Assembly: GCA_041642315.1 (NCBI GenBank)
Contig: JBEPWQ010000001.1
Coordinates: 1 to 61,040 of the forward strand
DNA length: 61,040 nt
Reading direction: 5' to 3'
Source of the DNA: Desulfobacteraceae bacterium
GTDB lineage: Bacteria; Desulfobacterota; Desulfobacteria; Desulfobacterales; Desulfococcaceae
In this document: piece by piece, positions 55,200 to 61,040 of the stretch
Position numbering within the stretch: the stretch's first letter is position 1
Layout of the letters: every line of letters starts with the position of its first letter
Notes under the pieces: model-generated
Told to the model about the DNA's origin: nothing
The model's database searches: none
What the model saw: only the letters and a program-made list of their open reading frames with translations
Made by a program: the position numbers and the translations under genes

Positions 55200-55730
55200 T
55201 TCTTCTTGGCTTTCTGAATCCTGAAAGAGAAACCCCTCTTCCCCGCGGAAGAGATTGATGAAGTTTCGGTGGGATTCAAAGGCGATTTCCGGCAGACGCG
55301 TCAATGCGAAAAAGGCGACCTCGGATGCGTCGTCTCCGGGGCGGGCGCGGCCCGAAACCGCCTTTGCCCGATAGCAGATCAGGGCCACCGTGCCGTAGAT
55401 GGCATTGGAATTGGAATCCGCCCCGATGATATTTTGGATCCTTCCGATCAGTCCGGTCTCCTCCCTCAGTTCGCGGAGAGCGGTATCCTCCGGAGATTCG
55501 CCCAGTTCCATGAATCCGCCGGGCAGACACCAGAATCCTTTTTTCGGGTTGACGCTTCGCTTTACCAGGAGCAGACGTCTGTGTTCATCGGTCAGAATGA
55601 CACAGGCGGCCGGCACCGGGTTTTCATACAGAGGGCCGTCGCAGGCGGTGCAGAACAGCCGACGACGTCCCTCCCACTCTCTTTGGACGAGCCGATTTCC
55701 GCAGAAATGGCAGAACTGTTTCTGTTGCAT
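55194..55730 (-). CDS. NUDIX hydrolase with N-terminal zinc ribbon
   Basis: CHFCGNRL...CTACDG ribbon. NUDIX box GGFMELGESPEDTALRELREETGL. Confidence 0.9.
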   Translation of the reverse strand: MQQKQFCHFCGNRLVQREWEGRRRLFCTACDGPLYENPVPAACVILTDEHRRLLLVKRSVNPKKGFWCLPGGFMELGESPEDTALRELREETGLIGRIQNIIGADSNSNAIYGTVALICYRAKAVSGRARPGDDASEVAFFALTRLPEIAFESHRNFINLFRGEEGFLFQDSESQEEL

Positions 55731-55733
55731 TCT

Positions 55734-57014
55734 TTAGTCGTCGAAATCCCCTTCCGGTCCTTCCTCCCGGTGAATGGAGACGGCGCGCTGGACGATCTTC
55801 TCCGGTGTCCACTCTGCGGGGTCTTCGATCCGTTTGCCTTTGGGCCCCGGATCATAGCCGCCTGTCTTCAGGATATTTTCGATGGCCAGGGGAGCGGTAT
55901 CTTCTGCGTTGAATACATCCACGATCATGGAATAGGCGAAATCTTCCACCCGTTTGGCCATACGGTCCCGAATCTCTTCGGGCTGGGCCAGGAGCTTGGA
56001 TTCAAAGGGAAGATTCAGTTTTTTGAAGTTGCCGCCGCTCCATCCTTTGGAGTCGGCATAGGCGGTCATCTCATCCCACATGGCCTCGGTGACCCCTTCT
56101 CCTTTGACTTTTCTGAAATTGCCGTCGGCGTCGGTGATAGCGTTGCCGTAGGCGTTGACTTCCACGCCCCAGGAGATCATCTGAAGGGCGGTGGCCACAT
56201 TGGCCTTGGTGGTCCGGGTTTTGCGTGCGATTTCCCGAAGCCGGTCGGAGTGGTTGCCCGAGGTGCCGTGCTGCGCACCGGAAACCTGGTAGGGTTTCAG
56301 GGCTTCATGGATTTCGGCGGTCAGCTCCACCTGAATGCCCTGGTCGCTGGCCTGAATGCCGTGGCTGGTGCCGTTGTTCAAGGCGATCCAGTTGGGATGA
56401 ATGTCATGGGCGTTGAGCCCCTGAATCAGGAACCGGGCCTCATCTACCGTCGAAAGCCCCTGGCTTCCCTTGATTTCGCCCACTTCGGTCTCCAGACCGG
56501 CCCACTCGGGAACCACCTTCTTGATGATGTCGATGCTGGCGAGAAGATTTTGATCGTCGGGCATGTGGGAGGCGTCGATGGCGATGGAGGTGATCCCGGC
56601 ATCGAATAGCGACGGGATTTCCACCTTGGCCGGCTCGATATCCGCCTCTTTTTTGATTCCGAAATGGTCGGCGTGAACCGCCACCGGAATGGTGATGCCG
56701 AGTTCGTTACAGACGGCATCCACCTGACGGGCGATGTTCCACAGGTTGACGGCGCAATACGCGTTGACGCCGCCCTCGGACCGGGCGATCTCCACGATGA
56801 GGGCGGCATTGGCCCGCTGGGCCGCTCTCAGCGCGCCTCGAATGACGAAATGGTTTCGGCCGTTTGCCGCCATGCAGATGGCATGGCCTTTTTCGAGCAT
56901 GGCCAGATCGATGTATTTTCCGCTGACCAGAAGCGCCCTGGAATTGGGAAAGAGTTTGGCGACATTCGGTGTGCGGCCGACCTGCAAGGCTTTTTCAAAA
57001 TCTGACATGGGCAA
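55734..57014 (-). CDS. Class II (metal-dependent) ketose-bisphosphate aldolase family protein, long form
   Basis: 426 aa; AANGRNHF, VAVHADH, and GAQHGTSG-type motifs of class II aldolases. Confidence 0.75.
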   Translation of the reverse strand: MPMSDFEKALQVGRTPNVAKLFPNSRALLVSGKYIDLAMLEKGHAICMAANGRNHFVIRGALRAAQRANAALIVEIARSEGGVNAYCAVNLWNIARQVDAVCNELGITIPVAVHADHFGIKKEADIEPAKVEIPSLFDAGITSIAIDASHMPDDQNLLASIDIIKKVVPEWAGLETEVGEIKGSQGLSTVDEARFLIQGLNAHDIHPNWIALNNGTSHGIQASDQGIQVELTAEIHEALKPYQVSGAQHGTSGNHSDRLREIARKTRTTKANVATALQMISWGVEVNAYGNAITDADGNFRKVKGEGVTEAMWDEMTAYADSKGWSGGNFKKLNLPFESKLLAQPEEIRDRMAKRVEDFAYSMIVDVFNAEDTAPLAIENILKTGGYDPGPKGKRIEDPAEWTPEKIVQRAVSIHREEGPEGDFDD

Positions 57015-57179
57015 CCTCCTTTTCCGTTTCGCGGATAAGAATTCCGTTGGGTTCCGGTGCGCCGGTTTCTTTTTGACAATTCTGCATTACCATATAGGTT
57101 ATGAATGGTGATTTCAAGGAGAGTTTACGGTGGATACGAGGTTTTTCCGAACAAAAGATCACAAAACGGAGGTGCATGG

Positions 57180-58232
57180 ATGACAGATAAAATTGCAGAA
57201 TTACTGGGAGATGAGGCGGATCGTTTGTTGAACCATGATTGCCGGACGATCCCAAAGAAGATGCTCTACCTGCCGGGTCCCGACTTCGTGGATCGGGTGG
57301 TTTCCCAGAGCGACCGAACGGTGCCGGTGCTGCGGTCCATTCAGACCCTGTTCGATCACGGCCGCCTGGCCGGAACCGGGTATGTTTCGATTTTGCCGGT
57401 GGATCAGGGGATCGAGCACTCCGCCGGGGCTTCTTTCGCGCCCAATCCGATCTATTTCGATCCCGAAAACATCATCAAATTGGCCATCGAGGGCGGCTGC
57501 AATGCGGCCGCCTCCACCCTGGGCGTGCTGGGTTCGGTGGCCCGAAAATATGCCCATAAGATCCCCTTCATTCTGAAGATGAACCACAATGAACTGCTGA
57601 GCTATCCCAACTCCTATGATCAGATCCTGTTCGCCGACGTGGATCAGGCGTTTGAACTGGGGGCGGTGGCGGTGGGTGCCACCATCTATTACGGTTCCGA
57701 GGAGAGCAACCGTCAGATACAGGAGATCACGGAAATCTTCCGATATGCCCACAGCCTGGGAATGGCCACCATTTTGTGGGCCTATCTGCGAAATTCCGCG
57801 TTCAAAGCGGATAAAGACTATGCGGTTTCCGCCGACCTGACCGGCCAGGCCAATCACCTGGCGGCCACCATTGAGGCGGATATCGTCAAGCAGAAACAGG
57901 CGGTCAACAACGGCGGCTACAAAGCCGTGGATTTCGGCAAGACCCACCCCAAGGTCTATGAGGACCTGACCAGCGATCATCCCATCGATCTTACCCGCTA
58001 TCAGGTAGTCAATTGCTACATGGGGCGGGCCGGGCTGATCAATTCCGGCGGATCTTTTGCCGGGGAGAACGACTTGGCCCAGGCGGTGCGGACCGCGGTG
58101 ATCAACAAGCGGGCCGGAGGAATGGGATTGATCTCCGGTCGAAAGGCGTTTCAGAGACCCATGGAAGAAGGGGTGCGGCTCCTCAACACCATTCAGGACG
58201 TCTATTTAGACGAGCGCATCACCGTCGCCTGA
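57180..58232 (+). CDS. fbaB: Class I fructose-bisphosphate aldolase FbaB (DhnA type)
   Basis: Collinear with my recollection of E. coli FbaB from MTD..ELLG..AD.LL.H.C.TIP through [52 protein letters not shown], to VQDVYLD..IT.A. Confidence 0.95.
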   Translation: MTDKIAELLGDEADRLLNHDCRTIPKKMLYLPGPDFVDRVVSQSDRTVPVLRSIQTLFDHGRLAGTGYVSILPVDQGIEHSAGASFAPNPIYFDPENIIKLAIEGGCNAAASTLGVLGSVARKYAHKIPFILKMNHNELLSYPNSYDQILFADVDQAFELGAVAVGATIYYGSEESNRQIQEITEIFRYAHSLGMATILWAYLRNSAFKADKDYAVSADLTGQANHLAATIEADIVKQKQAVNNGGYKAVDFGKTHPKVYEDLTSDHPIDLTRYQVVNCYMGRAGLINSGGSFAGENDLAQAVRTAVINKRAGGMGLISGRKAFQRPMEEGVRLLNTIQDVYLDERITVA

Positions 58233-58508
58233 TCCTTCGCCGATCTCCTGGGATCTCAGATCGGTGAGGATGTCGATGATCCGGGCCCGGAAGCTTTCCG
58301 GAGCCCGGATCTCTCCCCATCCCTTTTGGGATTGAAACAGTCCGTCATAGGCGGTGTCGTGGTATGAGCGGATCAGATGCGGTACCGATTCCTCCTCCAG
58401 GACGGGGCCGACCAGTTGGGCTTCAAAGGGATCTTCCAGGACGGCGATTTTAATAAATTCCGTGGTTTCATGATCCTGATTCGGCGGATTTTCGGGTGGT
58501 TCACTCAT
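58206..58508 (-). CDS. DUF2007-like small protein (putative signal-transducing fold)
   Basis: 100 aa. The core [29 protein letters not shown] resembles DUF2007. Its 3' end overlaps the fbaB 3' end by 27 nt (convergent). Confidence 0.55.
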   Translation of the reverse strand: MSEPPENPPNQDHETTEFIKIAVLEDPFEAQLVGPVLEEESVPHLIRSYHDTAYDGLFQSQKGWGEIRAPESFRARIIDILTDLRSQEIGEGSGDGDALV

Positions 58509-59262
58509 GGTTTTTTCTCTCCTCGTAATCTACCTGCATCAAATAAAGGCCGTGGGGCGGCGCGGTGGCACCGGCCCGCCCCCGGTCTCCGGAAGTCAGA
58601 ATGTTTTGGAACTCCAAAACAGTAGTTTTCCCGGACCCCACATCCACCAGGGTGCCCACGATATTCCGGACCATGTAGCGCAGAAAGCCGTCGGCGCTCA
58701 CCTGAAAGGTCACCAATCCTTCCGGGCCCCGAGCGATTTCCGATTGGAAAATTCGGCGCCGGGTGTGGGCGCGCGGGCTTCCGGCCCCCTCAAAGGCTTT
58801 GAAATCGTGTTCCCCTGAAAGACAAGCGGCAGCTTCCGCCATGGCCGCCAGATTCAATGGGAGGCGGATATGCCAGACATAGAGGCGTTCAAGGGCCGAG
58901 GGCAGAGGCCGGTTGCGGATCCGGTAATGATAGGTCTTTCTGTGTACATCGAATCGGGCATGAAAGGCCGGGTTCACTTCCCGGCAGTTTCGAATAACGA
59001 TATCCGCATCCAGAAGGCTGTTGAGACCTTTCTGGAAAACATCCGGAGAAAGACGGGTCTCGCATTTAAAATGGGCGGTCTGGCCATATGCATGCACCCC
59101 CGCATCCGTGCGGCCGGAGCCGTTCAGAACGATTTTTCGGCCGGTCATGGTCTCCAAAGCCCGTTCGATCTCTCCCTGCAGGGTTCGGTCTCCCTTTTGC
59201 CGCTGCCAGCCGTGATACCGGGTCCCGTCGTATTCGATGGTGAGTTTGAAGGTTCGAATCAT
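58501..59262 (-). CDS. truA: tRNA pseudouridine(38-40) synthase TruA
   Basis: IEYDGTRYHGWQRQ, SGRTDAGVHA (catalytic Asp), FLRYMVRNIVG. Confidence 0.95.
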   Translation of the reverse strand: MIRTFKLTIEYDGTRYHGWQRQKGDRTLQGEIERALETMTGRKIVLNGSGRTDAGVHAYGQTAHFKCETRLSPDVFQKGLNSLLDADIVIRNCREVNPAFHARFDVHRKTYHYRIRNRPLPSALERLYVWHIRLPLNLAAMAEAAACLSGEHDFKAFEGAGSPRAHTRRRIFQSEIARGPEGLVTFQVSADGFLRYMVRNIVGTLVDVGSGKTTVLEFQNILTSGDRGRAGATAPPHGLYLMQVDYEERKNHE

Positions 59263-59272
59263 GCAGAACGCC

Positions 59273-60187
59273 TTACATCAACAGGGCCACCGACAATGAC
59301 AGGAAAGAGAGCAGGGTCGAGAGCACAATCGCGGAGGATGCCAGGTCCGTATTGCTGTTCAATTGAGATGAGAGTACATAAATGGCGGTGGATGTCGGAA
59401 GGCAAAAGAAGATCAAGCCGACCTTGAAGGGGATTCCGGTGACATGGAACAGTTTCAAAAATCCGTAACCGACAAGCGGAAATACCAGCAACTTGAATGT
59501 AGCCGCAACCAAGGAGAGATTCATATAACCCTTCAGGTTGGTGAAAGTCAGAACCCCGCCGATGGAGAGCAGCGCCAGCGGCAGTGTCACCGAGGTGGTG
59601 AGTCGAAGGGTATTGTCGATAAAGCGGGGAAAGGTGTTGATCAGGCGGGCGTAGAAAATCCCCGACAGACAGGCGATGATCAGGGGATTTGAAACCAGGG
59701 CCTTGAGGGTCAGTCGGCTCCGCTCCCTGATGGAGAATCGCTTTCCGGAATACCAGATGAGGGTGGAAACGGCCAGGACATTGATGAGCGGAATCGCGAA
59801 CCCGACCATGATTCCGAACTGCCGGACTCCCTCTTCCCCCACCGCGTTGATGATAATGGCCATGCCGATGTATGTGTTGAAGCGATAACAGCTCTGGGAA
59901 AAAGATCCGGCTTCGTAATCCGACACGGCAAAACGGATATACAGGCTGCTCAGGAGATACAGGACAATAATTGCGCTGAGAGCGGCCAGGCAGAAGTTCC
60001 AGTCGATGCCGCCGTCGGATTCGGCGCCGCCGATCTTCCAGAAGAGCATGGCCGGAAAAAAGATGAAATAGACCAGCCGGTCGGAGGTCTTGAGAAAGCG
60101 GTCATTGGTCAGGTTGAAATGCTTGAGGCACCTGCCCAGGACGATGAGTGCGAATACCGGGAACAGCCCGTTGAGGACCATCATCAT
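59273..60187 (-). CDS. AEC (auxin efflux carrier) family transporter
   Basis: 304 aa, about 10 TM. The overall pattern of the Mem_trans family (N- and C-terminal 5-TM halves). Confidence 0.8.
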   Translation of the reverse strand: MMMVLNGLFPVFALIVLGRCLKHFNLTNDRFLKTSDRLVYFIFFPAMLFWKIGGAESDGGIDWNFCLAALSAIIVLYLLSSLYIRFAVSDYEAGSFSQSCYRFNTYIGMAIIINAVGEEGVRQFGIMVGFAIPLINVLAVSTLIWYSGKRFSIRERSRLTLKALVSNPLIIACLSGIFYARLINTFPRFIDNTLRLTTSVTLPLALLSIGGVLTFTNLKGYMNLSLVAATFKLLVFPLVGYGFLKLFHVTGIPFKVGLIFFCLPTSTAIYVLSSQLNSNTDLASSAIVLSTLLSFLSLSVALLM

Positions 60188-60193
60188 GGCGGA

Positions 60194-60400
60194 TTACAGC
60201 CGGTCGCACCGCACATCGGCCAGTTCCTCCTCCAGCTCATTATCCATGGCGTCTTTGAAGCGATTCATTGGAAATCGGGCGTTGCAGGACCTGCAACGGA
60301 GGTCTGTCCGCCGTCAGGATCGAAACAGGTTGAGAGGCCCGCCGCAGTCGGGGCATCGCCTTTGGTTCGCTCTGCCGAAATGGAACGGATGTAAAGCCAT
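60194..60400 (-). CDS. Candidate 68-aa zinc-ribbon protein with one in-frame TGA (possible selenocysteine at codon 29), or a disrupted small gene
   Basis: Checked codon by codon by hand: ATG 60400, TGA 60316-60314, TAA 60196-60194. Product MALHPFHFGRANQRRCPDCGGPLNLFRS-X-RRTDLRCRSCNARFPMNRFKDAMDNELEEELADVRCDRL. AGGGAGA precedes the ATG. It ends 6 nt before the AEC transporter start. Confidence 0.4.
60280..60298 (-). promoter_or_regulatory. SECIS-like hairpin 15 nt downstream of the in-frame UGA
   Basis: mRNA CGUUGCA-GGUCC-UGCAACG (7-bp stem). The upper stem and GGUC loop resemble the E. coli fdhF SECIS minihelix as I recall it. Confidence 0.35.
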
Positions 60401-60648
60401 GGTTCTCCCTTGAGGATTGACTCGTATTTTAATTCAAAGAAAAAGGCCGTCCATCGGTATCCACCTTCGGGATTCGAAAATTCTGCGATGATTTTCGTGA
60501 GATCGGCCGCCGAACCGATTGACAAGGACTCGGTATTCTGTCAAATGAGTCCCCCAAGGTGAATGATCGAAAAAATGGACATCGTTCATATGTTTTTATT
60601 ATATCGCCCTCACGGATACATGTCAAAAGATATACGGAAAAGAGTCAT

Positions 60649-61040
60649 ATGAAACCAATCACGTGCAAGGGATTTAAGGCCGCGGGCATCGCTTCGGGGC
60701 TGAAAAAAAACGGGGCCAAAGATCTGGGGTTGATCTATTCGGAAACCCCGGCGAACGCGGCCGGGGTATTTACTCGAAACCTGGTGCGGGCCGCGCCGGT
60801 TCTGCTGGACCAGGAACGGCTCAAGGGCGGAAAATGCCAGGCGGTGATCGCCAACAGCGGCAACGCCAATTGCTGCACCGGAGAAAAGGGCATGACCGAC
60901 GCCGTGGCCATGACCCATGCCGCGGGGGCCGCATTGCAGACATCCGAAGAACTGGTCTGTGTCGCCTCTACCGGGGTGATCGGCCAGCCTTTGAACATCC
61001 AGAAAGTGGAGGAGGCGGTGCCGGAACTGGTGAAGGCCCT
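60649..61040 (+). CDS. argJ: Bifunctional glutamate N-acetyltransferase/amino-acid acetyltransferase ArgJ, 5' part (runs off the right edge)
   Basis: Hand translation gives MKPITCKGFKAAGIASGLKKNGAKDLGLIYSETPANAAGVFTRNLVRAAPVLLDQERL...AVIANSGNANCCTGEKG...STGVIGQPL, the typical ArgJ N-terminus. It is not in the ORF track because no stop lies in the window. Confidence 0.85.
   Translation, partial: MKPITCKGFKAAGIASGLKKNGAKDLGLIYSETPANAAGVFTRNLVRAAPVLLDQERLKGGKCQAVIANSGNANCCTGEKGMTDAVAMTHAAGAALQTSEELVCVASTGVIGQPLNIQKVEEAVPELVKA

Noticed and set aside
60265-60525. 86-aa minus-strand ORF overlapping the zinc-ribbon candidate in another frame
   Set aside because: It starts in the AT-rich intergenic region without an RBS, and its translation is not protein-like. 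The zinc-ribbon frame has an RBS, paired CxxC motifs and tight spacing to the downstream gene.
60519-60546. TTGACA-N16/17-TCAAAT with an overlapping TGACA-N14-TGTCA inverted repeat upstream of argJ, considered as a promoter plus ArgR operator
   Set aside because: It is plausible as a promoter, but the -10 is weak and the inverted repeat does not resemble the ARG box consensus I know. This is too speculative to list as a feature.
1-61040. Looked for rRNA, tRNA, tmRNA, CRISPR repeats, transposase/integrase genes and toxin-antitoxin or known defence-system gene pairs
   Set aside because: I found no cloverleaf-like or repeat-spacer structure in any spacer, and no ORF with recombinase, nuclease-defence or TA-like motifs. 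Absence by eye is not proof, so tRNAscan, Infernal and defence-finder runs would be needed to be certain.

Overview
61,040-bp chromosomal window, gene-dense on both strands (about 60 protein genes), with GC-rich coding sequence and short AT-rich spacers. The gene content (two sigma54 enhancer-binding regulators, an Mbh-ordered Mrp antiporter module, a non-Pyl MttB homologue, a cytochrome c lipoprotein, class I plus class II aldolases) suggests an anaerobic Desulfobacterota-like bacterium; this is inference only. Left to right: a dehydrogenase/cytochrome c pair; a TatD-UbiA-phosphodiesterase trio; a TPP riboswitch with thiC; a two-component block (His-less kinase-like gene, PAS kinase, NtrC-type regulator); envelope genes (acyltransferase-3, esterase, VanX-like dipeptidase); a decayed, rearranged patch (DNA-ligase-operon remnants, duplicated 102-bp segment, low-GC secreted repeat protein, frameshifted cyclase fragment); a dynamin-like GTPase; a 10-gene Mrp cluster; a flavoprotein and a NifS-like desulfurase; MarR and an MttB-family methyltransferase; an SDR; an HTH-PBP regulator with a Dpp/Opp-type ABC transporter; nhaA; htpX. 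A minus-strand signalling block follows (GT4, methyltransferase, DUF2914, CdaA-YbbR fusion, sigma54 regulator with atypical receiver, Ser/Thr kinase-cNMP, RCK K+ channel). The window ends with HMG-CoA lyase, NUDIX, two aldolases, truA, an AEC transporter and the argJ 5' end. I recognised no rRNA, tRNA, CRISPR array, transposase or integrase. Observations most worth a second look: (1) a 68-codon zinc-ribbon ORF at 60194-60400 (minus) with one in-frame TGA followed by an fdhF-like SECIS hairpin, a candidate unannotated selenoprotein; (2) a ~135-nt nested palindromic intergenic element present twice (377-515, 37108-37240), with a conserved loop and compensatory arm changes; (3) the c-di-AMP cyclase / atypical sigma54 regulator / cNMP-kinase / RCK channel neighbourhood; (4) the ligase-operon scar with 102-bp direct repeats around a low-GC cassette; (5) a histidine-kinase-like protein whose phospho-acceptor His is Asn. 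Coordinates of starts refined by hand are marked as such. All functional calls rest on motif recognition by eye, not on database searches.
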